Assembly (NCBI GenBank): GCA_964565795.1
Contig: CAZMGC010000001.1
Coordinates: 8,855-68,159, forward strand
Source of the DNA: an uncultured Gammaproteobacteria bacterium
Lineage (GTDB): Bacteria; Patescibacteriota; Microgenomatia; Levybacterales; UBA12049
DNA length: 59,305 nucleotides
Direction: 5' to 3'
The translations under genes were made by a program, and so were the position numbers. Positions 41,928-52,056 of the stretch are shown here, piece by piece (the stretch's first letter is position 1; each line of letters starts with the position of its first letter). Below the pieces are notes generated by a model. It searched no databases and was not told the DNA's origin. It worked only from the letters and a program-made list of their open reading frames with translations.

Positions 41928-42626
41928 ATGTTACTAAATCTCCAAAAAGATGTTAAGAAATTGGAAAATAAAAAGAAGGCTAAGCTTTTAGCCGGTTTTT
42001 TCAAGACCGGAGAAGGCGAATATGGTTTTGGGGACATTTTTTTAGGAATTCCAGTTCCAGAGAGTCGTAAAATAGCACTTAAATATAGGGATCTTGGTTT
42101 TGAAGATATACTAAAACTTCTAAGAAGTGAAATTCATGAGGAAAGACTTATTGCGCTTCTAATTTTAGTCCACCAGTTTCAGCATGATGAAATGCTCCAA
42201 AGAAGAATTTACGAATTCTATATTAAAAATATAAAATTTGTTAATAACTGGGATCTTGTAGATTCATCTGCAGATAAAATAGTTGGAGCATATTTAACAG
42301 ATAAGCCTAAGACATTAATTTATAAACTGGCAAAATCTACAAATCTTTGGGAAAGAAGAATCGCCATGATTTCTACATTTTATTTTATTAAAAATAATGA
42401 ATACGAAGATGCGCTAGGAGTTGCGGAAGTTTTAATAACGGACGAAAATGATTTAATTCAAAAAGCTGTGGGTTGGATGTTAAGAGAAGTTGGTAATAGA
42501 GATAAAAAAACTGAAGAAAAATTCTTAAAAAAATATTATAAAACAATGGGCAGAACTGCTCTTAGATATGCAATAGAAAAATTCACAGAAGAAGAACGAA
42601 TTAAATATCTTGAAGGAAAAGTTTAA
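41928..42626 (+). CDS. DNA alkylation repair protein (AlkD-like HEAT-repeat glycosylase family)
   Basis: A....FFKTG.GEYG.GD.F.G...P..R..A......L......LL.S..HE.R..A, NNWDLVD..A and W.RR.A. Confidence 0.8.
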   Translation: MLLNLQKDVKKLENKKKAKLLAGFFKTGEGEYGFGDIFLGIPVPESRKIALKYRDLGFEDILKLLRSEIHEERLIALLILVHQFQHDEMLQRRIYEFYIKNIKFVNNWDLVDSSADKIVGAYLTDKPKTLIYKLAKSTNLWERRIAMISTFYFIKNNEYEDALGVAEVLITDENDLIQKAVGWMLREVGNRDKKTEEKFLKKYYKTMGRTALRYAIEKFTEEERIKYLEGKV

Positions 42627-43399
42627 GCCTCAAATTCTACCGAAAGTGGTAGGTGATCAGAAATTTCATCTTTCATAATTTCAAATTTTTTAACAGAGAT
42701 TCCTTTAGCAAATATGTAGTCTGCAAATTTATCATTTTTCCTCCATTTAATGTCGTATAAAGAGCTCCTAGTAGTTGGTGCATTAATTTCTTTTACAAGA
42801 TTACTGAATCCTGCTTCTTCAAGCATAAGAATTGAGCGGGTATTTATTCCTAAATTAAAATCTCCAACTAAGATTTTTGGCTTCTCATATTTTTTAAAGA
42901 ATTCTAATATTAATTCTGATTGTCTAATTCTTTGCGGGGTATCATATTTAGGAAGAGGTGCCCAATAGCCATGAAGATTTGTAACTAAGAATTTATCAAA
43001 TTCCACAAACTGCATATTTCTAGACGGAATGATTTGATTTTTTCCTGGAAGTTCCTCAAATTTATTTTCTTCGCCAAAAATAAAAATCTCGCCTTTATCT
43101 TTTTCTTTGAGTGATTTTTTCCAAAATGTAGCAACACCCTGAGAAATGGGATAGTCAAGTGAAAAATGAAAATCTCTGCCATGAAACTGAGGAGAAAAGT
43201 GATATGAAAATTCTGGTATCATCTCATGAATTTTTTCAACAAGGTTTGATTGATAATCGCTTGGGGTTTTTATGTCTTTTGTTGAAGAGTAAGCTTCTTG
43301 AAAACAAAACACATCAGTGTCTTTGCTGGTGTGTTTTATAAAATCTAGGACTTCATCTAGAAGTGTCCCACCCCAAAGATTTAAACAAATTAATTTCAT
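42623..43399 (-). CDS. Endonuclease/exonuclease/phosphatase (EEP) family protein
   Basis: MKLICLNLWGG...D.FCFQE ... GDFN ... SDH.P. I prefer the ATG at 43399. The track start 43471 would overlap the divergent DUF2207 gene and its promoter. Confidence 0.7.
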   Translation of the reverse strand: MKLICLNLWGGTLLDEVLDFIKHTSKDTDVFCFQEAYSSTKDIKTPSDYQSNLVEKIHEMIPEFSYHFSPQFHGRDFHFSLDYPISQGVATFWKKSLKEKDKGEIFIFGEENKFEELPGKNQIIPSRNMQFVEFDKFLVTNLHGYWAPLPKYDTPQRIRQSELILEFFKKYEKPKILVGDFNLGINTRSILMLEEAGFSNLVKEINAPTTRSSLYDIKWRKNDKFADYIFAKGISVKKFEIMKDEISDHLPLSVEFEA

Positions 43400-43437
43400 T
43401 CTTAGATTATACATAAATCTAATGTATAATTTGGATA

Positions 43438-45102
43438 ATGAAGCAAAAATTATTTGTACTCTCACTTTCATTGTTTGTTTTCCTTACATTTAGGACAAGT
43501 GCATATGCCGAAAAAATCGATTCTTTTGATGTAGGTATCGTTGCGCATAAAAATGGCGTAATGGATGTTACGGAGACTATAAAATACGATTTTGAATATG
43601 GTAATAGACATGGAATTTTTAGATATATTCCTCTTTATTCAAGAGTAGGGGATTTATATCGAGTAATTAAGATTGATAATGTTAAGGTTGAGAGAAATGG
43701 TAAGAAAGAAAAGTTTGAAACCACTAAAACTCGCGAACAAATATATTTTAAAATTGGAAACGCAAATAAAGAAATAACCGGAAAACATACTTATAAAATT
43801 TCTTACACTGTAGAAAATGGGATTGGAAGTAATTATGAAACACATGATGAGATTTATTGGAATGTAACAGGAAATGACTGGCTTATTCCAATTGAAAAAG
43901 CATCTGTAAATTTAACAACTGATTTTGGGGTTAAAACTGACAGAGTAGCTTGTTTTACCAGAGACGCGACATTAAACGCACAGTTTTGTAGGTTCCCAAT
44001 AAATGTTTATAATCCTATTACAACCACTTCAAGATTAAATCCAGGTGAAGGTCTGACGGTCGTTTATGGATTCCCGGTAAATACATTTCCTAAAAGTATA
44101 CTTCTTAAAGAGTTACCAAAAAGTATTGGAGAGAAATTATTAGGATTTATTCTTGAAAACATATTGATTATTTATCTATTTATTAATTTATTTATTCCAG
44201 CTGTAATTTTTTCCTGGTACCAAAAAACAAAAAACAAAAAACGATTTGGAAAACCAACTGTTAATTTTGAAATTCCAAAAGATGAATCTGGGAAAAGAAT
44301 TGCACCGGCTTTAGCAGGAACGATTGATACCGCACGGCTTGAGCGAGATGATGTGGTAGCGACACTTTTTGATTTGGCGATTAGAAAATATATAAAACTA
44401 GAAGAAGTAAAAAATAAAAAAACTTTAGCACCAGATAAAGTGACGCAAAAAATTATAAAACTTAAAGAAAAGGATAGTAGTCTCACGAAATTTGAAGAAG
44501 ATTTATATGATCGTTTGTTTGAGAATGGGAAAGAAGTGGATGCAGATACACTAAAAAAAGATTTCTATAAAACATATGCGGATATGGAAAAAAGCGTATT
44601 TGCGTCTCTTGTTGAAAGGAAATATTTTATTAAAAATCCAAAAGTTCAAAGAGGATTTTTATTAGTCTTTGGTTTGATGGCACTCTTTACATCAAATATT
44701 ATCTTAGGTGTAATTCTAATTTATCTCTCAAGAAAACTTATTGGCAGAACTATTTTAGGAGATGAGCTTGACCACAAGATTGATGGATTAAAATTATTTC
44801 TTAAGTCGATGGACAGAAATTATAAATGGCAAGCTGAAAAATTTTATACTGTCGAAGCAATGATTCCATATGCAATGGCGTTAGGGTACATTGATGAATT
44901 TATGGAGCAACTGAAAATTATAAAACCAGATTATAATCCTATTTGGTATCATGGATATTCAGGAGGTTTTTACAAATCTTATTCTTCTTTTTCATCAGGA
45001 ATGAGCGCAAATATGACTACTTCGGCTCCGAGTTCTTCATCTGGTTTTTCTGGAGGTTCATCAGGTGGTGGGGGTGGAGGAGGTGGAGGGGGAAGCTGGT
45101 AA
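43438..45102 (+). CDS. DUF2207-family membrane protein with poly-Gly C-terminal tail
   Basis: Signal peptide, I.SFDV.I....G...V.E.I.YDF, TM helices in the middle and end, and the terminal SSSGFSGGSSGGGGGGGGGGSW typical of this family. A TATAAT at 43425-43430 lies 7 nt before the ATG. Confidence 0.8.
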   Translation: MKQKLFVLSLSLFVFLTFRTSAYAEKIDSFDVGIVAHKNGVMDVTETIKYDFEYGNRHGIFRYIPLYSRVGDLYRVIKIDNVKVERNGKKEKFETTKTREQIYFKIGNANKEITGKHTYKISYTVENGIGSNYETHDEIYWNVTGNDWLIPIEKASVNLTTDFGVKTDRVACFTRDATLNAQFCRFPINVYNPITTTSRLNPGEGLTVVYGFPVNTFPKSILLKELPKSIGEKLLGFILENILIIYLFINLFIPAVIFSWYQKTKNKKRFGKPTVNFEIPKDESGKRIAPALAGTIDTARLERDDVVATLFDLAIRKYIKLEEVKNKKTLAPDKVTQKIIKLKEKDSSLTKFEEDLYDRLFENGKEVDADTLKKDFYKTYADMEKSVFASLVERKYFIKNPKVQRGFLLVFGLMALFTSNIILGVILIYLSRKLIGRTILGDELDHKIDGLKLFLKSMDRNYKWQAEKFYTVEAMIPYAMALGYIDEFMEQLKIIKPDYNPIWYHGYSGGFYKSYSSFSSGMSANMTTSAPSSSSGFSGGSSGGGGGGGGGGSW

Positions 45103-45169
45103 GTTTGCGTATTGCAATCGGCGGTAATAATTGATCTAATCATATTAGACAGAGAAGGGGGTGAATTAA

Positions 45170-45592
45170 ATGATCGAAGTAAATTACTTAGCATTAATTT
45201 TAGCAGTGGTCGTATCGATGGCGATTGGATTTGCATATTACATGAATCCGATTATTGCAAAACCATGGATGAAATTGATGGGGTATTCCAAAGAAGACGT
45301 GAAGCCAACTGGAAATGAAATGGCAAAAATGTACGGAACTAGTGCGGTGCTAGCTTTAGTTACAGCTTTTGTTTTGTCTCATGTCATGACTATGTCAATT
45401 GCGTATTTTAATTATTCTCCTGTAATGACTGGATTAATGAGTGCGTTCTGGATGTGGTTAGGATTTATAATGCCGGTCCAGGCAACAGATGTTTTATTTA
45501 GCAAAAAACCAATTAAGCTTTTTGCAATAAATACATTTCATCAATTGCTTTCATTACTGGGAATGGGAATTGTGATTGGGTTGGTTAGATAG
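45170..45592 (+). CDS. DUF1761-family small membrane protein
   Basis: 140 aa with 4 TM helices. N-terminus VNYLALILAVVVSMAIGFAYY is typical of the family. SD-like AAGGGGGTG lies upstream. Confidence 0.65.
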   Translation: MIEVNYLALILAVVVSMAIGFAYYMNPIIAKPWMKLMGYSKEDVKPTGNEMAKMYGTSAVLALVTAFVLSHVMTMSIAYFNYSPVMTGLMSAFWMWLGFIMPVQATDVLFSKKPIKLFAINTFHQLLSLLGMGIVIGLVR

Positions 45593-45601
45593 GAAATTCC
45601 T

Positions 45602-45615
45602 CCCGATTAATCGGG
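45602..45615 (+). promoter_or_regulatory. 14-nt perfect palindrome CCCGATTAATCGGG abutting the -35 box of the pur promoter (terminator hairpin or operator)
   Basis: Self-complementary sequence at 45602-45615. TTGACA begins at 45617. Confidence 0.35.
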
Positions 45616-45616
45616 G

Positions 45617-45644
45617 TTGACAAAAGCTAGAAAATAAATAAAAT
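45617..45644 (+). promoter_or_regulatory. Putative pur-operon promoter TTGACA-16-TAAAAT, 9 nt before the purK ATG
   Basis: TTGACA at 45617-45622, TAAAAT at 45639-45644, ATG at 45654. Confidence 0.55.
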
Positions 45645-45653
45645 CAAAGCATA

Positions 45654-46787
45654 ATGATTTATCCCGCAGTTATTGGCATAGTGGGCGGTGGGCAATTAGG
45701 AAAAATGATGACGTACGCTGCCAAGAAAATGGGATTTACTGTTATTGTTACGGATCCTACCCCTGAAAGTCCCGCTGGTCAAATTGCAGATAGACAGTTA
45801 ATTGGTGGATACAAAGACGAAAAAGTTACAAGAGAACTCGCCAAGTTAGTGGATGTAATCACAGTAGATGCAGAATTTGTAAACGATGAAGTTTTATTAG
45901 AGATTGAAAAGACTGGAAAAGAAATTCATCCAAAACCAATAACAATTACCATAATTAAAGACAAATTAAAGCAAAAAGAATTCCTCAAAAAAAATAAGAT
46001 TCCAACTGCAGATTTTATATCAGTAAGCTCCAAGGAAGATATTGAAAAGGCAATTAAAAAATTTGGATTACCGATTTTATTGAAAGCGCGTGAAGATGCA
46101 TACGATGGGAAGGGGAATTTCGTAATTAGAAAAGTAAGTGATATTGAAAAAGGAATTGAAAAACTTTCAGGCAGGAGTCTTTATGTGGAAAAATTTGTTC
46201 CTTTTACTAAAGAGCTTGCGGTTATGGTTGCGAAAAGTATAAAAGGAGAAATTAAAACCTACCCGGTCGTAGAGACAATTCACATAAATAATGTTTGCGA
46301 TACTGTCATAGCGCCAGCGAAAATTTCAAGAGCGGCTTCTAAGAATGCTGAGAAATTGGCAAGAAAAACTGTTAATAAATTAAAAGGCGCAGGCGTATTC
46401 GGAATTGAAATGTTTCTTATAAAAGGAGAAAAAGTATTGATAAATGAAATTGCACCCCGTGTTCATAACTCCGGGCACTATTCGATTGAAGCTTCGATAA
46501 CTTCTCAATTTGAACAACACATTAGAGCAATTACAGGTTTACCTCTTGGCTCAACTGATTTAATTGTTAAGTCTGCAGTGATGAAAAATATTTTGGGTAA
46601 AAAAGAGGGGCCAGGATATCCTAAGGGAATTGAAAAAGCATTAAGAATTCCTGGAGTTTCATATCATCTTTATGGAAAAAAAGATTCAAGGGTTGGGAGA
46701 AAAATGGGGCATATAACTGTGGTAGGAGACTCACTTGAAGAGAATTTAAAGAAAGCTAATAAAGCAAGAAAGGCATTAACTATATGA
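45654..46787 (+). CDS. purK: N5-carboxyaminoimidazole ribonucleotide synthase
   Basis: [20 protein letters not shown]-grasp features and the end GHIT. Confidence 0.9.
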   Translation: MIYPAVIGIVGGGQLGKMMTYAAKKMGFTVIVTDPTPESPAGQIADRQLIGGYKDEKVTRELAKLVDVITVDAEFVNDEVLLEIEKTGKEIHPKPITITIIKDKLKQKEFLKKNKIPTADFISVSSKEDIEKAIKKFGLPILLKAREDAYDGKGNFVIRKVSDIEKGIEKLSGRSLYVEKFVPFTKELAVMVAKSIKGEIKTYPVVETIHINNVCDTVIAPAKISRAASKNAEKLARKTVNKLKGAGVFGIEMFLIKGEKVLINEIAPRVHNSGHYSIEASITSQFEQHIRAITGLPLGSTDLIVKSAVMKNILGKKEGPGYPKGIEKALRIPGVSYHLYGKKDSRVGRKMGHITVVGDSLEENLKKANKARKALTI

Positions 46788-47299
46788 AAAAAGATGTTGC
46801 CATAGTTATGGGTTCTGATTCAGATTTGCCAATTATGAAAGAAGCAGCAGAAATTCTTGAGGCATTTAATATTTCTTTCGAACTCACAATCGTTTCAGCA
46901 CATAGAACTCCAGAAAGATTATTTAATTTCGCAAAATCAGCAGAAAAAAAAGGTTTTAAAGTAATTATTGCAGGTGCGGGAGGATCAGCGCATTTACCAG
47001 GAATGCTAGCATCTTTGACACCTCTTCCAGTTATAGGTGTTCCAGTTAAAGGAAGATCGTTTGAAGGGTTAGATTCATTAATGTCTATCGTTCAAATGCC
47101 ACCTGGTATTCCAGTAGCGACAGTAGCAGTAAATGGTGCAAAAAACGCAGGAATTTTAGCTGCTAGTATAATTGGATCTAGTAATAAAAAGATATTAAAT
47201 AAAGTTTCTGATTATAAAAAAGCCTTAGAAGAAGAAGTGTCTGAGAAATTTACAAAACTTGAAAAAATTGGATATAAAAAATATTTAGATGAAAAATAA
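46784..47299 (+). CDS. purE: N5-CAIR mutase (PurE class I)
   Basis: V.IVMGS.SD...M..A...L......E..IVSAHRTP and [20 protein letters not shown]. Confidence 0.95.
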   Translation: MKKDVAIVMGSDSDLPIMKEAAEILEAFNISFELTIVSAHRTPERLFNFAKSAEKKGFKVIIAGAGGSAHLPGMLASLTPLPVIGVPVKGRSFEGLDSLMSIVQMPPGIPVATVAVNGAKNAGILAASIIGSSNKKILNKVSDYKKALEEEVSEKFTKLEKIGYKKYLDEK

Positions 47300-48746
47300 A
47301 AGTCAAAACGAAAAAGTTGATATTGTAGACAAGAATTTAGAAACTCTTTATAAAACCACGAAAAAAGACGCTCACGAAAAAGGATTATTGCATAAAACTG
47401 TAATTGCAGAGGTAGTAGATTCAAAAGGAAATTACCTATTGGTAAAACAGGCGCCTGACAGGCAGGACGCTGGGAAGTTTGTTTCTCCAGTGGGTGGGCA
47501 CGTGAGATCAAGAGAATCCGATGAAGATGCACTAAAAAGGGAAGCATTAGAAGAATTGGGAATAAAAAATTTTAATTATGAATATCTAGGAAAGATTATT
47601 TTTAATCGTAAGATTCTGGGTAGACGCGAAAATCACTATTTTATAATTTACAAAATTAGATGGGATAAAAAAATAAAACTAAATCACGAGTCTGTAGATT
47701 TTAAGTGGTTTAGCGTTAAAGAGCTTAGAAATGACTTAAAAAATAATCGGGATATTTTTGGAGCAGCTTATTTAACATGTCCACTGGAGATGTATTTAGG
47801 TGAAGTTAAAAAAAGTTCCCAAAAAACTAAAAATGAATTAATCAAATCTGTAGATCTGAAAGGATACGGTAAAAAATATCAGGGGAAAGTTAGAGACTGT
47901 TATATAGTTGGAGAAAAAAGAATTTTAATTACAACTGATAGAATTTCTGCATTTGATGTGATTCTCGGATTTATACCAGAAAAGGGTGCAGTTTTAAATC
48001 AACTGGCAGCATTTTGGTTTGAAAAAACAAAGGACATTATTCCGAATCATCTTATTTCTGTTCCTCATCCCAATGTTAGTATTGTTAAAAATGTAAAACT
48101 TATTCCAATTGAAATGGTTGTAAGGGGCTATATTAGCGGAGTTACTAATACATCAATTTGGGGAAGTTATCAAAAAGGCGAAAGAGTTATATATGGAATT
48201 AAATTTCCGGATGGACTTAAGAAAAATCAAAAACTAAAAACACCAGTCATAACTCCGACAACAAAAGCTGAAAGCGGACATGATGAGCGGCTAACGGAGA
48301 AAGAAGTAATTGATCGAAAAATAGTTACTCTTGCTATTTGGAGACAGATGAAAAAAGCTGCGCTGAAATTATACGAGAGAGGATCGAATATCTGTGGTAA
48401 GGCAGGGATTATTTTGGTAGACACCAAATATGAGTTTGGTTTGGATTCAAATGGGAAACTAGTCTTAATAGATGAAATTCATACGCCTGATTCATCTAGG
48501 TTTTGGATTAAAAAAACATATAAAGATCGCATTGAGAAAGGTTTAGAGCCGGAAAATTTTGATAAAGAATTTTTAAGACTTTGGTATGCAAAAAGAGGTT
48601 ATAAAGGGGATGGAAAACCACCAAAAATGCCGACAGCACTTGCAAATCAGGTAAGTAAACGTTATATTCAAGTATATAAAAAGATCACTGGTAGAAGACT
48701 AGAGAAAGAAAGCATTTCGATAAAAAACATAAAAATTCAAATCTAG
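47289..48746 (+). CDS. purC: Fusion protein: N-terminal Nudix hydrolase domain plus SAICAR synthetase
   Basis: Nudix box [23 protein letters not shown] in residues ~60-95. The C-terminal ~300 aa carry SAICAR synthase features (GKVRD.Y........[14 protein letters not shown] and LVDTK.EFG). Confidence 0.85.
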   Translation: MKNKSQNEKVDIVDKNLETLYKTTKKDAHEKGLLHKTVIAEVVDSKGNYLLVKQAPDRQDAGKFVSPVGGHVRSRESDEDALKREALEELGIKNFNYEYLGKIIFNRKILGRRENHYFIIYKIRWDKKIKLNHESVDFKWFSVKELRNDLKNNRDIFGAAYLTCPLEMYLGEVKKSSQKTKNELIKSVDLKGYGKKYQGKVRDCYIVGEKRILITTDRISAFDVILGFIPEKGAVLNQLAAFWFEKTKDIIPNHLISVPHPNVSIVKNVKLIPIEMVVRGYISGVTNTSIWGSYQKGERVIYGIKFPDGLKKNQKLKTPVITPTTKAESGHDERLTEKEVIDRKIVTLAIWRQMKKAALKLYERGSNICGKAGIILVDTKYEFGLDSNGKLVLIDEIHTPDSSRFWIKKTYKDRIEKGLEPENFDKEFLRLWYAKRGYKGDGKPPKMPTALANQVSKRYIQVYKKITGRRLEKESISIKNIKIQI

Positions 48747-48749
48747 CTG

Positions 48750-50165
48750 ATGACTTTAAAAGATCCAGACAAGATTAACGAAAAGTGTGCACTTTTTGGA
48801 ATATACGGTAGAAAGGGACTTCAGGCTGCAAGATTAACTTACTTCGGGCTTTACACACTTCAGCATAGAGGGCAAGAGAGCTCAGGAATTTCCGCATCCA
48901 ATGGAAAACAACTCAGGACACATAAGGCACAGGGATTAGTCGCTCAGGTTTATAGTGAAGAAAATTTAAAAGAATTAAAAGGGCATATGGCAATCGGGCA
49001 TAATCGATATGCTACTTCTGGGGGTGTTCACGATACACATATTCAGCCAGTTACTTCACGAAGGGGCCCTGATGATGTATTGGTTTTAGCTCATAACGGA
49101 AATCTTCCGGTTACGGATAATCTTTCTAAATTTCTTAAAGAGCAGGGATTTTATACTGATGGATTAAATGATTCGGAATTAATGCACCAAGTAATTAGAT
49201 ATTTTTTAGTAAAAACAGGATCAATTGAAGAAGCAATTAAAAAATCTTTTCCAATGTTTAAGGGAGCATTTTGTCTTTTAGTTATGACAAAAGATAAGAT
49301 TGTAGCAGTTAGAGATTCATATGGAATTAGACCACTTTCAATTGGAAGATTAGGGGGAGGGTATGTATTCTCTTCGGAAACTTGCGCAATAGATACAGTA
49401 GATGGAATTTATTTAAGAGATATAAAGCCAGGGGAAATGGTAGTTGTTGATTCAAAAGGAATGAAGTCGTATCAGCTAGAAAAGCCCAATCCTAAATTAG
49501 ACATTTTCGAATTTGTTTATTTTGCAAGACCTGATAGTTATTTAATGGGAAAAAGTGTATATGAGGTTAGAAAAAATATGGGAATTCAGCTTGCTAAGGA
49601 AAATCCTATAAAAGCAGATATGGTAATTCCAGTTCCGGATTCATCAGTTCCTGCAGCAATCGGTTATGCATCTAAGTTAAAAATTCCCTTAGAGTTTGCG
49701 CTAACAAAAAATAGGTATATTGGACGTACTTTTATTATGCCGGATCAGCATTTGAGAGAAAGAGGAGTTGAGATGAAGCATAATCCAATTGGAGAAACTA
49801 TAAAGGGAAAAACAGTAGTAGTGATTGATGATTCAATAGTCAGGGGAACAACATCAAAAAAACTCGTGTCGATGCTAAAAAGAAATGGAGCTAAAAAAGT
49901 CCATCTAATTTCTTCATCGCCTCCTGTGAAATATCCAGACTTCTATGGAATCGATACGCCAACCCAAAAGCATTTAATTGGAGCAAATATGAGTATTCCA
50001 GCGATTAAAAAATTTACCGGTGCAGACTCTTTATATTTTCTGTCATATAAAGGGCTCTTAAAAGCAATCGGCATTCCAGAGGATAATTTATGCACAGCAT
50101 GTTTTACTGGAGAATACCCGATTGATATAGGTAAAAAAGCTAGACAAATAAATTTTAATTGTTAA
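48750..50165 (+). CDS. purF: Amidophosphoribosyltransferase
   Basis: N-terminal nucleophile context EKCALFGIYG, LQHRGQES.GI, HNRYAT.G and the PRPP loop VVVIDDSIVRGTT. Confidence 0.95.
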   Translation: MTLKDPDKINEKCALFGIYGRKGLQAARLTYFGLYTLQHRGQESSGISASNGKQLRTHKAQGLVAQVYSEENLKELKGHMAIGHNRYATSGGVHDTHIQPVTSRRGPDDVLVLAHNGNLPVTDNLSKFLKEQGFYTDGLNDSELMHQVIRYFLVKTGSIEEAIKKSFPMFKGAFCLLVMTKDKIVAVRDSYGIRPLSIGRLGGGYVFSSETCAIDTVDGIYLRDIKPGEMVVVDSKGMKSYQLEKPNPKLDIFEFVYFARPDSYLMGKSVYEVRKNMGIQLAKENPIKADMVIPVPDSSVPAAIGYASKLKIPLEFALTKNRYIGRTFIMPDQHLRERGVEMKHNPIGETIKGKTVVVIDDSIVRGTTSKKLVSMLKRNGAKKVHLISSSPPVKYPDFYGIDTPTQKHLIGANMSIPAIKKFTGADSLYFLSYKGLLKAIGIPEDNLCTACFTGEYPIDIGKKARQINFNC

Positions 50166-50761
50166 TGAAGTATCTTGCAGTATTAATCTCCAATGCAGGA
50201 ACGGGATCAAATCTACAGGCAATAATTGACGCAATAAAAAATAAAAAACTTAATGCTAAGATAAGCGTTGTCATTAGTAGTGATAAAGATGCGTATGGTC
50301 TAGTAAGGGCAAAAGAAAATAATTTAAAAATTGAAATATCAAATCGAGAAAATTTATTACAAACTTTAAAAAAATACGACATCGATTATATTTGTTTGGC
50401 GGGTTGGAAATTGATAATTAATAATGATGTGATAAGCTATTATGAAAATAAAATTTTAAATCTTCATCCTGGTCTTATTCCTGACAGAATTAATAGTAAG
50501 GTAATTAATCCCGATGGGACTTTTGGGTTTTGGAATAGGGGGAAATTAACAAATGTTGCAATTAAAAATTTTTTAGACAATAATTCAACCTATGCTGGAT
50601 CATCAATCCATTTTTTATCTAATGAATTTGATTTTGGAAAAGTAGTAGGTCGAACATTTGAAAAAATTAAAAAAAATGATGACATTGAAAGTTTATATAG
50701 GCGATTGAAAGTTAAGGAGAATAAATTGTATATTTCGGTTTTAAAAAAACTTTGCAAATGA
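50165..50761 (+). CDS. purN: Phosphoribosylglycinamide formyltransferase (diverged)
   Basis: LAVLISNAGTGSNLQAIIDAI, CLAGW..I and LNLHPGLIP. The ATG at 50165 overlaps the purF stop (TAATG). The track start is an upstream TTG. Confidence 0.75.
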   Translation: MKYLAVLISNAGTGSNLQAIIDAIKNKKLNAKISVVISSDKDAYGLVRAKENNLKIEISNRENLLQTLKKYDIDYICLAGWKLIINNDVISYYENKILNLHPGLIPDRINSKVINPDGTFGFWNRGKLTNVAIKNFLDNNSTYAGSSIHFLSNEFDFGKVVGRTFEKIKKNDDIESLYRRLKVKENKLYISVLKKLCK

Positions 50762-52056
50762 ATATTTTAATACTTGGTTCAGGTGGAAGAGAACATGCTA
50801 TAGCAAATGCTTATGCAAAAAATAAAAAAATAAAAAAGATTTTTGTGTTACCAGGAAATCCATTTATGGATTTAACAAATAAAAAAGTCACATCAGTTCT
50901 GGATGTTTCTTCGACTGATTTTGAAAAAATAAAAGAAATAATTAATAAAAATAAAATTGATCTTGTTGATGTAGCGCAGGATGATCCGCTGGCACTTGGA
51001 TTTGTAGATAAGATTACTGAACTTGGAATTAAAGCCTTTGGTCCCACAAAAAAGGCTTCTGAAATTGAATGGAATAAAGAATGGTCAAGAAATTTTATGC
51101 TTAAATATCATTTACCTATTCCAAAATTTAAATCTTTCAATTCTTTGTCTTCAGGTAGGTTTTATGTTAAATCACTTCGCGAACAAGAGTTATTCGTAAA
51201 AGCATCAGGACTAGCGTTAGGAAAAGGTGCGATTAAAGCAAAAAATAAAAAAGAAGCATTAGTGGCGATTGATCAAATGAGGAATTTCGGAAATGCAGGA
51301 AAAACTTATATCGTTGAAGAGGCAATGAATGGTGAAGAATTTTCACTTTTTGTAGTATGCGATGGAAATAATTACAAAATGCTTGGTTCTGCTCAAGATC
51401 ATAAAACTGTTTTTAACGGAGATGAGGGATTGAATACGGGAGGAATGGGTTGTGTTTCAAATCCTAAGATTATTTCAGCAAAAGTTCTAAAAGAAGTTGA
51501 AAATAAGATTTTAATCCCTTTTATGAAGGGGATGAAAAAAGAAGGCAGGGAGTATGCAGGAATATTATATGTAGGAGGAATGATTACTGGAAGTGGAATT
51601 AAGATTGTAGAATTTAATTCAAGATGGGGGGATCCAGAGGCTGAAGTTTTGATTCCTGGTCTTAAAACAGATTATTTAGAAATTGTCGAAAGCGTAATAA
51701 ATAAAAAACTTAATAGATTAAAAATAAAAACTGATAATCTTGTTCGAGTAAGTATTGCAGGTTGTAGTAAAGGGTATCCAGATAATTATTCAAGCGTAAA
51801 AGGAAAGAAGATAAATGGACTTGAAAATATTAATAAGCTGCCAAACATAACATTATTTGGAGCAGGAATTTCTAAATCGGGAAATAATTTTTTAGCAAAT
51901 GGGGGAAGATTATTTCATGTTATGGCAGAAGGGTTAACAATATTACAAGCTAGACTCAGAGCATACGGAGCGATATCGATGATAAATATTTCAGGAAATA
52001 ATTTACATTACAGAACGGATATAGGTTGGAGGGATTTGGAAAGGGAAAATTCATGA
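50758..52056 (+). CDS. purD: Phosphoribosylamine--glycine ligase
   Basis: MNILILGSGGREHAI starts at the ATG 50758 (ATGA overlap with purN). ATP-grasp core and EFN.R.GDPE. Confidence 0.9.
   Translation: MNILILGSGGREHAIANAYAKNKKIKKIFVLPGNPFMDLTNKKVTSVLDVSSTDFEKIKEIINKNKIDLVDVAQDDPLALGFVDKITELGIKAFGPTKKASEIEWNKEWSRNFMLKYHLPIPKFKSFNSLSSGRFYVKSLREQELFVKASGLALGKGAIKAKNKKEALVAIDQMRNFGNAGKTYIVEEAMNGEEFSLFVVCDGNNYKMLGSAQDHKTVFNGDEGLNTGGMGCVSNPKIISAKVLKEVENKILIPFMKGMKKEGREYAGILYVGGMITGSGIKIVEFNSRWGDPEAEVLIPGLKTDYLEIVESVINKKLNRLKIKTDNLVRVSIAGCSKGYPDNYSSVKGKKINGLENINKLPNITLFGAGISKSGNNFLANGGRLFHVMAEGLTILQARLRAYGAISMINISGNNLHYRTDIGWRDLERENS

Noticed and set aside
45055-45100. G-rich tract (GGTGGTGGGGGTGGAGGAGGTGGAGGGGG) as a G-quadruplex or slippage element
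   Set aside because: It simply encodes the poly-Gly tail characteristic of DUF2207 proteins, with mixed GGT/GGA/GGG codons and no perfect repeat unit.
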